NCBI GenBank assembly: GCA_016840085.1
Contig: JAEOTA010000073.1
Location: forward strand, 32,001-96,000
Source: Promethearchaeota archaeon
GTDB taxonomy: Archaea; Asgardarchaeota; Lokiarchaeia; Sigyniarchaeales; SOKP01
Length of the DNA: 64,000 nucleotides
Reading direction: 5' to 3'
Of the stretch, positions 49,964 to 59,654 are shown one piece after another. Numbering within the stretch: the first letter of the stretch is position 1; each line of letters opens with the position of its first letter. Position numbers and translations under genes: made by a program. The notes below the pieces were generated by a model that was not told the origin of the DNA, ran no database searches, and saw nothing but the letters and a program-made list of their open reading frames with translations.

Positions 49964-51067
49964 TTAATCATTTATATGTTTTTCTGTTATGTAAATATTT
50001 CTTTTTTCAAGTTCCTTTTTCATTTGTTCAATATTTAGATCGGGGCAACCTTCTGGTGGGAATACACCATAAGATTTAATATCTTTATTAAGAATCATTT
50101 GAGTTATTATGGAAGCAGGTATTGAGGTTAGTTTAGCAACTGGTCCAATAACTGTATATGATAAGTGCAAATCTTTCTGATTTTTTGAACCGATAACATC
50201 ACTCCTAAAAGATGAAAGTATTTCTCTTTCTTCAACATTACCAGTTATAAGAGGAAAAATTCTCAAAAAGAATTTTACAACTAATTTCATAATTTTTATA
50301 TCTTTTATCAAAATTAGCCTATCAAGGATTTTTGTTAAGAGAATATCTGATTCTGGTAAAACACCACCCTTACAGATCGCTTCATTTGTATCTATATATC
50401 GAGGGATGGTTACAGGTTCAGGGTGACCAACGTAATACAAAGGGATCGATCCTAATGGTTTAGGAAATTCTACAACCTCTCTATCTGTTAGAGCTTTAAT
50501 ATTAACCCATTTTCCGTTGATAAATTGTGGAACTTTCCCCATTGCAATATGAGCCCAATGTGCGAGTTGTCCAAAACCAATTGTTTCCCCAGTATCCTCA
50601 AACCATAAAATTCTTACAGAACTAACTTTACCTAATTGATCTGCGCCCATCTTTGCCATAATATTTGTCAGTCCCGCAGATGCTCCAGAGTTAATAAAGA
50701 AAGTTAAATTTTCACGCTCAACAATCTTATTCTTATTCAAGAACATCAAGGTTGCATCATGGTCATCGCATATATCAACATAATTTATTCCTGCTTGAAT
50801 AGTAGCTTTTGGGATCCAATCACCGAACATATAATATGGACCAATATTGTTGACGACTACTTCATAATTCTTAAGCACTTCTACTAAACTATCAAAATCC
50901 ATAACGTCTAATTTCTGAAATGATGCTCTGCTTCCTAATTTCTTTGCAAGGTGTTTCCCTTCTGACTCTCTTATATCCGCTAAAACAACATCAAAACCAC
51001 TCTTAACAAGATCTAAGGCAATATACCTCCCTATCTCTCCACATGCGCCTAAAATAATGATACTCAT
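49964..51067 (-). CDS. Saccharopine dehydrogenase-like NAD(P)-binding oxidoreductase
   Basis: GACGEIG, NNIGPY, NYVDICDD, GASAGLTN, HPEPVT, GVFPPE. Confidence 0.82.
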   Translation of the reverse strand: MSIIILGACGEIGRYIALDLVKSGFDVVLADIRESEGKHLAKKLGSRASFQKLDVMDFDSLVEVLKNYEVVVNNIGPYYMFGDWIPKATIQAGINYVDICDDHDATLMFLNKNKIVERENLTFFINSGASAGLTNIMAKMGADQLGKVSSVRILWFEDTGETIGFGQLAHWAHIAMGKVPQFINGKWVNIKALTDREVVEFPKPLGSIPLYYVGHPEPVTIPRYIDTNEAICKGGVLPESDILLTKILDRLILIKDIKIMKLVVKFFLRIFPLITGNVEEREILSSFRSDVIGSKNQKDLHLSYTVIGPVAKLTSIPASIITQMILNKDIKSYGVFPPEGCPDLNIEQMKKELEKRNIYITEKHIND

Positions 51068-51468
51068 TTTTTTACCTCAATATTATTTTTCTTCAATATT
51101 ATACCTTGTTTAACCAATAATATGAATATAAATATTGACCATAACAAATCATAAGGAAGGGCAATTAATAGAATTATAAAGAATTCAGGGTAAATAAGCA
51201 GACTTAATATTCCACATACAATCATTATAATGCGAATAAGAATATTTACAAGTGGAATAATTGCATATTTCTCTACATCCCTTGATGAATAAATCAATAA
51301 AATCCCATAACCAAACAAGAAAACTCCTGCCATTTGTGTAAAAATAGGGATGATTTCAAACCCTACTTGTTCAAGATAAAAATCTAATACCATAAATAAC
51401 AATCCTATGACAATTTCGACAACTCCACCAAAAATTAATAGAATTTTTAGAATTTTATGAGAATTCAT
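51064..51468 (-). CDS. Hypothetical 4-TM membrane protein
   Basis: Hydrophobic; 4-bp overlap with the downstream gene. Confidence 0.7.
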   Translation of the reverse strand: MNSHKILKILLIFGGVVEIVIGLLFMVLDFYLEQVGFEIIPIFTQMAGVFLFGYGILLIYSSRDVEKYAIIPLVNILIRIIMIVCGILSLLIYPEFFIILLIALPYDLLWSIFIFILLVKQGIILKKNNIEVKK

Positions 51469-51603
51469 AATTTTTTATTAATTACTCTTACTTTTTAACA
51501 ATTTTTAAAGGAATAATCAATGCATTTAAATTCTTAATAAATTATTAAAAAAGTAATTAAATATTCATGATTATATCGTTAAAACTTTATTAAGCAAAAT
51601 TGG

Positions 51604-52941
51604 ATGATGGAAATTCATACTAACAATAAGTTAAAACAAAATTTGATTTCAATATTTTTTATACTCATCCTAATTCATCTTTCATTCTCTATTAAAGGGT
51701 ATAATTTTAAATCTCAGGAATTAATTACTAAGGATCTAAAATGTTCAAGTAGTATTAGAGGAAAAAGCATAATTCTTATGATTGGTGATGGAATGGGTTT
51801 TGAACAATTAAAGCTTGCAAGATGGGTTGAAATTGGTAAAGATGATCGATTTTCAATGGAGAAATTACCATTCCACCTCAATGTAACGACAAATAGTTCT
51901 GATAATTTAATAACAGATTCTGCTGCTGCTGCGACCGCAATGGCGACTGGTAACAAAACAAATAATGGGATGCTTGCTATTTCACCGTTATTAGAACCTT
52001 TGGAAACGATTCTTGAAATTGCCCATCAGCTCGGAAAATCTACTGGAATTATAACTACTACTGCATTAACTCATGCAACTCCTGCTGCTTTTATGACTCA
52101 TGTAAAATCTAGATATAATACATCAGAGATATCTCGACAGATTGTAGAAAATTCAAATGTTAGTATTTTATTAGGAGGAGGGAAAGATTACTTTTCAGCA
52201 TCGCAATTATTGCAGTTAGAAATGAAAGGATACCATTTATTGGAGAATCGTTCTCAACTTATTAGTACAAATTATAGTAATCTTATTGGATTATTCGCAC
52301 CTACCCATCTACCTTACGAAATTGAAAGGAATCCAGAGATTAGTCCATCATTGTCTGATATGACGATAAAAGCTTTAGAAATACTTTCTCAAGATCCTGA
52401 GGGCTTTTTTCTACTAGTTGAGGGGGGAAGAATCGATCATGGCGGACATAAGAATAATAAAACTAATGTAGCTTTAGAAACAATTGAATTTCATTATGCT
52501 GTAAATACAGCTATCTCATACTCTAAGACAAATGGTAATGTTTTATTATTAATAACTTCTGATCATGAAACAGGTGGTTTAACGATTTTAAATGATACAT
52601 TAACCAATAATATCCCCACATCCAATAAAAACGCTGAAGAAAATAGATTAATAAGAATTGAAAGGATTAATAATATCTCTGTTAGTTGGACTACTACATG
52701 TCATACTAATCAGGATGTACCCTTTTTTGGATATAGAACAGATTTCTATGGACTTAATAATCTATCTATCATTGATAATACTGAGCTTTTTAATATAATG
52801 AAAGCTTATTTCTCTATTACACTTGTTAATGATTCAAATTCTTTAATTGAACTAATAATAGGTGTAGTAATAGCAGGTTTTACAACTACAATATTTGTAA
52901 TAATCTATTTATGGAAAAAAAAGAAAAAATTAAGAGGTTAG
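51604..52941 (+). CDS. phoA: Alkaline phosphatase with signal sequence and C-terminal membrane anchor
   Basis: IGDGMG, TDSAAAATA (catalytic Ser), HATPA, EGGRIDHGGH, SDHETGG, HT. Confidence 0.92.
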   Translation: MMEIHTNNKLKQNLISIFFILILIHLSFSIKGYNFKSQELITKDLKCSSSIRGKSIILMIGDGMGFEQLKLARWVEIGKDDRFSMEKLPFHLNVTTNSSDNLITDSAAAATAMATGNKTNNGMLAISPLLEPLETILEIAHQLGKSTGIITTTALTHATPAAFMTHVKSRYNTSEISRQIVENSNVSILLGGGKDYFSASQLLQLEMKGYHLLENRSQLISTNYSNLIGLFAPTHLPYEIERNPEISPSLSDMTIKALEILSQDPEGFFLLVEGGRIDHGGHKNNKTNVALETIEFHYAVNTAISYSKTNGNVLLLITSDHETGGLTILNDTLTNNIPTSNKNAEENRLIRIERINNISVSWTTTCHTNQDVPFFGYRTDFYGLNNLSIIDNTELFNIMKAYFSITLVNDSNSLIELIIGVVIAGFTTTIFVIIYLWKKKKKLRG

Positions 52942-53538
52942 CTTCTTAAGCAAATAAGCAAAATTTTTCCCTAGATTTTGAAAAGTTTCTATCCCTTCTT
53001 CGTCATTCTCGAAATATTCTGGATCTGATACCTTTGGGTTTACCCCTAGATTCCAATAGCTGGAGCCAACGATGAACATCTGATTAATTCCAAAGAAATA
53101 ATTAATACTCGAATAAACATGGGTGGCACCTGCTCGTCTTACAGAGACTACGGCAGCACCAGCTTTATGTTTTAAAAGGTCACCATTAACTTTACTAACA
53201 AGTCCAGCCCTCTCGATCAAAGCTTTCATTCTTGCTGTAGTGTCTGCAAAGTATGTTGGTGATCCTAATATTATTCCATCAGCTTCAAGCATTTTTTCTA
53301 GATACTCATTTAATTTATCTGTTTTGACTGCACATCTCTTATCTTGATTCTGTGCGCAACGATAACAAGAAATGCATCCTTGTATTTTGTCCATACCAAT
53401 CCAAACATATTCACATTCAATTCCTGCAGCCTTTAATTCATCCATTACAATATTTAGGCATTTATAGGTAACACCCTCTGGTCTAGGACTGCCATTAAAT
53501 AGTACAACTTTCATATTTATTAACCAAGTATTTTTCAA
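52930..53538 (-). CDS. Iron-sulfur flavoprotein / NADPH-dependent FMN reductase family
   Basis: NGSPR, GCISCYRC...C, LGSPTYF, RRAG. Confidence 0.88.
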   Translation of the reverse strand: MKNTWLINMKVVLFNGSPRPEGVTYKCLNIVMDELKAAGIECEYVWIGMDKIQGCISCYRCAQNQDKRCAVKTDKLNEYLEKMLEADGIILGSPTYFADTTARMKALIERAGLVSKVNGDLLKHKAGAAVVSVRRAGATHVYSSINYFFGINQMFIVGSSYWNLGVNPKVSDPEYFENDEEGIETFQNLGKNFAYLLKKLTS

Positions 53539-53608
53539 TAATTATTTTAAGGCTTATAATCTTTTATTCAATATTTTATTAATTAAAAATTTCGAAGAGG
53601 ATACTAAA

Positions 53609-54172
53609 TTGGTAATGTTTTATTGGTTTGTTTGGATTGTAGGGAGTTTGATTTGTTTAATCATATATGTCTTATATAGAATGGATTTTTTAGATAAATT
53701 CTATTGGAACTTATTTTGGATTGGATTTTTCCTTGGATTATGTTGGGAGTTACCATTGTCGCTTGCAAATGTAATGAATATATACCCCCCTGCTAGATTT
53801 ATAACTCCAGTTCCATTACCAGAACCTTTTTCGTTTTTAATTATATCAATAACCCATAGTTTTTGGGATGGGGGCTTATTTTTACTTGGGGTATTGTTTG
53901 TTAACTTATTGTGTAAAGCACCTTATTTTGAAAAATTTAAAGCATGTGAGCTTAGTATTCTGATCATTTATGGGCAGATATCGGAATTGATTGTGGAACT
54001 AATAAGTACTCTTAGTAATGGATGGGTATATAATGTATATTGGTGGAATCCTCGGTTATTTATCTTTAATGGACATAATATTACCTTATTACCTCAGATA
54101 ATCTGGTTAATTGCTCCAGTTATATTTTATTTTCTTGCTATTAAACTAAAATCCACGTTTTCAAACATTTAA
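53609..54172 (+). CDS. Hypothetical membrane protein
   Basis: About 5 TM, WELP / HSFWD motifs. Confidence 0.7.
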   Translation: MVMFYWFVWIVGSLICLIIYVLYRMDFLDKFYWNLFWIGFFLGLCWELPLSLANVMNIYPPARFITPVPLPEPFSFLIISITHSFWDGGLFLLGVLFVNLLCKAPYFEKFKACELSILIIYGQISELIVELISTLSNGWVYNVYWWNPRLFIFNGHNITLLPQIIWLIAPVIFYFLAIKLKSTFSNI

Positions 54173-54212
54173 TTACTTATGTTTAAACAAATAAAATTAA
54201 AAAAAAAAGAGT

Positions 54213-54947
54213 TTATTTATTTCTTAGAAAAAGTTTTTCCATCCATTGCGGTAATATAAAGCCACCATAAAACTCAATTGAGCTTGATATCAATATGAGT
54301 CTTGCTATTATTAAGATTGCAATTGATATGCCGCTTAAAATTTCTAATAATGAACCAATTACAAAAGATAAGAAAGCAGCAAGCAGTAATTTTCCTTTTA
54401 ATTTGATCTCAGGAGTATCAGACTTTAATGATTCACGTGCAAACAAGATTCCAGACACCAAAACAAGGATTACAAGAAAAATCTGGTAAATAGTTACAAA
54501 TAATTCATATTCAGCGTCAACTGGACTTGTTACTGTCCCTACTAAATTATAATCAGTAAAAAGCAATGTAAATAATGCAATTTCAAATAGTACTCCACTA
54601 ATGCCAACTATTAATAAAATAGTTTTTTTCTTATCCCTATAGAGGAGATCTGTGAAAGCATCCATCCAAATAAAGGCTGTAATTGGAAGTGGGACAGCAC
54701 CGATTATAAAATAATATGGAGGAGCAGACATATAACCATCTCCGCCTGTTATGAGGGCAACTAAAAAAGAAGAGGAACTCGCATACCACGATGAGACAAT
54801 ACCAAGCCAAACAAGTCCTACAAGTAGTACTGTTCTGTTTTTGGATTTAGGATATTTCGAGAGAATTATAAAGCCTATTATTACAGAAATAACAGCAAAT
54901 ATTAGACTAAACACTCCGTTTAAAATATGATCTGGAGTTAGTACCAT
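54213..54947 (-). CDS. Seven-TM membrane protein of unknown function
   Basis: Seven hydrophobic segments in 244 aa, no soluble domain. Confidence 0.7.
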   Translation of the reverse strand: MVLTPDHILNGVFSLIFAVISVIIGFIILSKYPKSKNRTVLLVGLVWLGIVSSWYASSSSFLVALITGGDGYMSAPPYYFIIGAVPLPITAFIWMDAFTDLLYRDKKKTILLIVGISGVLFEIALFTLLFTDYNLVGTVTSPVDAEYELFVTIYQIFLVILVLVSGILFARESLKSDTPEIKLKGKLLLAAFLSFVIGSLLEILSGISIAILIIARLILISSSIEFYGGFILPQWMEKLFLRNK

Positions 54948-55072
54948 ATTTATTTACCTTTTTTTTAATATTGGAAAAATTAAGTTTACTAAATAAAATT
55001 AAACAAGGAAAAAATAAATAATCTTATATCACGCATCTATTAATTATATATAAAGGAAGATAACTAAAATCT

Positions 55073-56326
55073 TTGAGTCTAACTATGGATAATCTCCCTG
55101 AGTTACTTGCCCCCGTTCAAGATTGGAATTCCTTAAAACTAATTGGTGGTTTGACTGATGCGATATATTTTGGGGTAAAAGATTACAATATGAGGTTAAA
55201 AGCAAAAAATTTTGATAGGAATGATTTGAAAAAAGTAGCTGAACTTTGTCATAGTCAAAAATCGCCTATAAAAGTATATTTAGCTACAAATATTTTAATT
55301 TATGACTCAGAATTACAAGATTTAGAAAATTTGATATCTGAAGCTAAAGATGCTGGAATTGATGCCGTTATTGCTCACGATCTAGCAACGATTCAAATTG
55401 CTAAACGAAATAATATTGATTTTCATGTATCAACACAAGTGAATGTTTCCAATATAGAATCGGCTAAGTTCTATGAAGAACTTGGTGCTGGTAGGATAAT
55501 ATTAGCAAGAGAATTATCACTTAAGCAAATTAATTTGATAAAACATCTGTTAAATAAAACTAAAATTGAATGCTTTGTGCACGGCTCAATGTGTACTTCA
55601 ATTTCAGGGAGATGCTATTTTTCAGCCACAATTTGTGACTCAGAAGAATATTCTGCTAATCGAGGTAATTGTGTTCAACCTTGTCGAAGAGAATGGAGAG
55701 TATTTGATGATGCGAATAATGAATTTATTTATGATGGGCAAATGTTTTTAAATTCAAAGGATCTCTGTATGATCGAATATATACCCGAGCTTATTAACGC
55801 CAATATTGATGCTTTTAAGATTGAAGGAAGAATGAAAGATCCCATTTATGTTAAAACTGTTACTGAATGTTATAGAGAAGCAATTGATAGCTATTTCAAT
55901 GAAACTTACACTCAAGAAAAAGTAAGATATTGGCTAGAACGGTTATCAAAAGTATATAATAGAGGTTTTCATACAGGGTTTTATTTTAAAAAACCTACAA
56001 TTGAAGATGTTGAATTAAATAAAAGAGGAAATGTTTCTCACTATAAAAAACACTATTTAGGGAAAATTCTCTCGTATGATAAAAATAGCAAATCTGCAAA
56101 TGTTTTACTAGAAAGTTTAGAACACCCTTTAAAATTAGGGGATGAAATCATTATCACAGGAGAGAATCGTTATTACATTGAGACGATAAGAAAAATGATA
56201 TATAAGGGTGAGAAAATCAAGAGTATTGTGAGAAAGAGCTATAGCGATCCCGTAAGAATTAATTTACGTTTAAATAAAGAAGTTGAACCGAACGATAAAG
56301 TTTATATCATTTCGAAAAAAAAATAA
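55073..56326 (+). CDS. Peptidase U32 family protein (TrhP/RlhA-like Fe-S hydroxylation protein)
   Basis: [45 protein letters not shown]. Confidence 0.9.
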   Translation: MSLTMDNLPELLAPVQDWNSLKLIGGLTDAIYFGVKDYNMRLKAKNFDRNDLKKVAELCHSQKSPIKVYLATNILIYDSELQDLENLISEAKDAGIDAVIAHDLATIQIAKRNNIDFHVSTQVNVSNIESAKFYEELGAGRIILARELSLKQINLIKHLLNKTKIECFVHGSMCTSISGRCYFSATICDSEEYSANRGNCVQPCRREWRVFDDANNEFIYDGQMFLNSKDLCMIEYIPELINANIDAFKIEGRMKDPIYVKTVTECYREAIDSYFNETYTQEKVRYWLERLSKVYNRGFHTGFYFKKPTIEDVELNKRGNVSHYKKHYLGKILSYDKNSKSANVLLESLEHPLKLGDEIIITGENRYYIETIRKMIYKGEKIKSIVRKSYSDPVRINLRLNKEVEPNDKVYIISKKK

Positions 56327-56337
56327 TTAGATTTATT

Positions 56338-57012
56338 ATGAATTTCGAGGAGAAAAAAAAGAGACTAGTTGAAAGCCTGAAAAATCGAGATATTTTATCT
56401 AAGCCAAAAGTAATTCAGGCTATGTTAACTGTTCCAAGGCATAAATTCGTACCTAAAGATGCAGAATCTTCGGCTTATATGGATACTCCTCTATTAATTG
56501 GAGCAGGACAAACAATTAGTGCTCCTCACATGAATGCTATGATGTGTGAATATCTTGAATTAAAAGAAGGAGACAAAGTTTTAGAGATCGGAACAGGGTC
56601 TGGATATCATGCTGCTTTATGTGCTGAATTAGTTGCCCCAAAAGATTCAAAAAATCCGGGTCATGTATATACAATTGAACGACATTTAAAACTAGTGAAA
56701 AATGCAAAAAAGAGCCTTAAAGAATCAGATTATGAAAATATTGTAACGGTAATTCATGGAGATGGCACATTAGGATACCCAGAACAAGCTCCTTTTGATA
56801 AGATATTAGTAACTGCTGCTTCTCCTAAGAAAATTCCCCCACCATTGCAAGAACAATTAAAAGATGGTGGTATCCTTTGTATTCCTGCAGGATCCCATAG
56901 CTTTGGGCAAAATCTTTATATCATTAAGAAACATGGAAAGGATTTTGATAGAACCAGAATAACAGGGGTGAGATTTGTTCCGTTAATAGGGAAATATGGT
57001 TTTGAAACCTAA
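56338..57012 (+). CDS. pcm: Protein-L-isoaspartate O-methyltransferase
   Basis: [41 protein letters not shown]. Confidence 0.95.
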   Translation: MNFEEKKKRLVESLKNRDILSKPKVIQAMLTVPRHKFVPKDAESSAYMDTPLLIGAGQTISAPHMNAMMCEYLELKEGDKVLEIGTGSGYHAALCAELVAPKDSKNPGHVYTIERHLKLVKNAKKSLKESDYENIVTVIHGDGTLGYPEQAPFDKILVTAASPKKIPPPLQEQLKDGGILCIPAGSHSFGQNLYIIKKHGKDFDRTRITGVRFVPLIGKYGFET

Positions 57013-57130
57013 GCTTAAAAAAATAATTGATGATCTAATTCTTAAGATTGAAATTCATTCAAATATTTAAGAATTTATATAAAATTTTGAAGTATTATCA
57101 ATTAATATTAATTCAGAGTCTGAAATAGGA

Positions 57131-59044
57131 ATGACAATAATAAAAAAGAATTTAAACTCTACCTTTCCAGATGCTACAATTTTAGATATCGATCTTACAA
57201 ATAAACAAATATCTAAAAGAACACTTTCTGGAGAAGTTTATAGATTATATCCAGGAGGTTCTGCTTTAGGAGTATATTTAATGTTACAAGAGATGAAACC
57301 TAGAACTGATCCTTATGCTCCAGATAATTTGCTTATCTTTTCTGTATCACCTTTTACTGGTTTACCTATTAGTGGTACAAGTCGGTTGACAATTTCAACT
57401 AAAAGTCCATTAACGGGTGGTTGTGGAGATAGTCAAGCAGGTGGAGATTTTCCTGCTTATTTAAAAGCTAATGGGTATGATGCAATAATATTTCGCGGTA
57501 AATCAGAACGACCCTCTTACGTGTATATCGATAGAGAAAAAGTTGAACTTAAGGATGGAAAGAATATTTGGGGAAAAATAACTGGAGAAGCTGAAGATAT
57601 TATAAGAAATGAAATTGGAAATGATAAAATTGAAATAGCTCAAATAGGTCCTGCTGGTGAAAATTTAGTTAAGTATGCATGTGTTATGAATAAAAACACA
57701 AGAGCAAATGGTAGAAATGGGACTGGAGCAGTAATGGGATCTAAGAATTTGAAAGCTGTTGTAGTCCAAAGGCAAAAAACAATAAATCCATATGATAAAG
57801 AAGGATTTAGTTCACTAATTAAATCTCCTGAGATGAAAGCTAGAATAAAAGGATTTGCTGATGGTTTTGGTTTACATGGTACCGCTGCTAGTGTAGTTCC
57901 CATGAATAAAAGTGGTTTTCTTCCTACTAAAAATTATTTGGAGGGATATATGGAAGACGCAATTAAAATTGACGGGAAAACAATGAGTGAATCAAAATTC
58001 TTTAAAGGAAGAGAGACATGTTATGCGTGTTCAGTAAGGTGTAAAAGAGTTATTTATATTCCTGGAAAGGTTGATCCTAAATATGGTGGTCCTGAATATG
58101 AAACTCTTGCCACTTTTGGTTCTTATTGTGGAGTATCTGATTTAGAGACTATTTGTATCTGTAACCAACTATGCAATATGTATGGCCTTGATACCATTTC
58201 TACAGGAGCATCTATCGCATTTGCCATGGAATGCTATGAAAAAGGGATTTTATCCAAGCACAATACTGATGGGCTAGAATTAAATTTTGGGAATCATGAT
58301 TCTCTCCCAATTCTAGTAGGAAAAATTGCTAAAAGAGAAGGAATAGGAGATCTTCTTGCAGAAGGTAGTAAAAGACTCGCAGATCATTTAGGTGGTGAAG
58401 CAAAATCTTTATTTATGGGAGTAAAGGGGCAAGAACTTCCTGCTCATATGCCCCAATTAAAACCTGGTTTGGGGATTATTTATACTGTAAACCCCTTTGG
58501 TGCTGATCATATGATAGCTGAACATGATACAATGATAGCTATTCCAGGAGAACCGTTTAAAAGACGCACGGATATCGTTGGTGGTTATAAACATTATCAA
58601 GTTCCAACAGTTTTAGATGAAAATAAAATTCACTATATGTTTGATGGTCAGTGTTTTAATTCAATGATTAATTCCTTAAGTCTTTGCGCATTTGTATGGG
58701 GTTTTACTTGGCAACTATATGGCCCCTCTGAAATCATAAAATTATGCAAATATGGATTAGGATGGGATACAGACATTAAAGAACTATTAGAAATTGGAGA
58801 ACGTTGTTTTAATATGATGAGATATTTTAATGCAAGAGAAGGATTTACAAAAGATGACGACAAGTTGCCTGAACGTGTTTTCAATCCTGTCCCCGAAGGA
58901 CCTGGAAAAGGGGTCGGTATAAATAAAGAAGATTTTTATAATGCCCAAGAAATGTATTATAAAATGGCAGGATGGGACGAAAAAACAGGTAATCCTACTG
59001 AAGATACAATAAAAAGACTAAAATTAGATTGGTTACTTGACTAA
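57131..59044 (+). CDS. Aldehyde:ferredoxin oxidoreductase family (W/Mo-pterin)
   Basis: KSPLTG, IGPAGEN, GAVMGSKNLKA, CYACSVRC, GPEYET, GLDTIS, LCAF. Confidence 0.93.
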   Translation: MTIIKKNLNSTFPDATILDIDLTNKQISKRTLSGEVYRLYPGGSALGVYLMLQEMKPRTDPYAPDNLLIFSVSPFTGLPISGTSRLTISTKSPLTGGCGDSQAGGDFPAYLKANGYDAIIFRGKSERPSYVYIDREKVELKDGKNIWGKITGEAEDIIRNEIGNDKIEIAQIGPAGENLVKYACVMNKNTRANGRNGTGAVMGSKNLKAVVVQRQKTINPYDKEGFSSLIKSPEMKARIKGFADGFGLHGTAASVVPMNKSGFLPTKNYLEGYMEDAIKIDGKTMSESKFFKGRETCYACSVRCKRVIYIPGKVDPKYGGPEYETLATFGSYCGVSDLETICICNQLCNMYGLDTISTGASIAFAMECYEKGILSKHNTDGLELNFGNHDSLPILVGKIAKREGIGDLLAEGSKRLADHLGGEAKSLFMGVKGQELPAHMPQLKPGLGIIYTVNPFGADHMIAEHDTMIAIPGEPFKRRTDIVGGYKHYQVPTVLDENKIHYMFDGQCFNSMINSLSLCAFVWGFTWQLYGPSEIIKLCKYGLGWDTDIKELLEIGERCFNMMRYFNAREGFTKDDDKLPERVFNPVPEGPGKGVGINKEDFYNAQEMYYKMAGWDEKTGNPTEDTIKRLKLDWLLD

Positions 59045-59048
59045 ATTA

Positions 59049-59186
59049 TTAACTTTCAATTTTTTTTTCAAATTTTTTTTGCTTTAAAAGACTCCGTACT
59101 AGTTTTACATAATTAGATCTTTTTATGTATTCTTTTAAATTATCATCACAACAATTCCAACTTATACAATCCTCAGAACAACTCAT
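59049..59186 (-). CDS. Putative 45-aa Cys-rich small protein (below ORF-track cutoff)
   Basis: MSCSEDCISWNCCDDNLKEYIKRSNYVKLVRSLLKQKKFEKKIES, translated by hand. Confidence 0.4.
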   Translation of the reverse strand: MSCSEDCISWNCCDDNLKEYIKRSNYVKLVRSLLKQKKFEKKIES

Positions 59187-59380
59187 GACTTTAATAGTTT
59201 GAATTATTTATTTTGGAAATTTACTATTATATCCTCAATTTTAATGAATAAAATAACCTATATTAAAGTAATATTTATAGAAATAGAAATTAGTATTGTA
59301 AAATAGATAAATTTTATAATTTAATAGTTATTCAAGATTATATTTCATAAGTTATTATGAAAACTTAAAAGAAATAGAGA

Positions 59381-59524
59381 TTAATCCTTCAAATACTTTT
59401 TTAGTTTTTTATCTATAAGTTTTTTTCTTATATTTTTAATGTGTTCGTTATTTTTAATATCACGTTTTAAAGTTTTGCTATTATATGTCCAACCATTTCG
59501 TTTTCCGTTACCATTAGAACCCAT
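59381..59524 (-). CDS. Putative 47-aa basic small protein (below ORF-track cutoff)
   Basis: MGSNGNGKRNGWTYNSKTLKRDIKNNEHIKNIRKKLIDKKLKKYLKD, translated by hand; TATA-like TTTAAATA about 60 bp upstream. Confidence 0.4.
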   Translation of the reverse strand: MGSNGNGKRNGWTYNSKTLKRDIKNNEHIKNIRKKLIDKKLKKYLKD

Positions 59525-59654
59525 AATTCAAAAGACCGATGCAATTATAGTGATCTTATTTTTTATTAGACCGTTAATATATTTAAAAGTGCTTTAAATC
59601 GACAAAATTCTTACGGTTATCTAAAAAAATTTAATTTTTAATAAAGTATTAATA

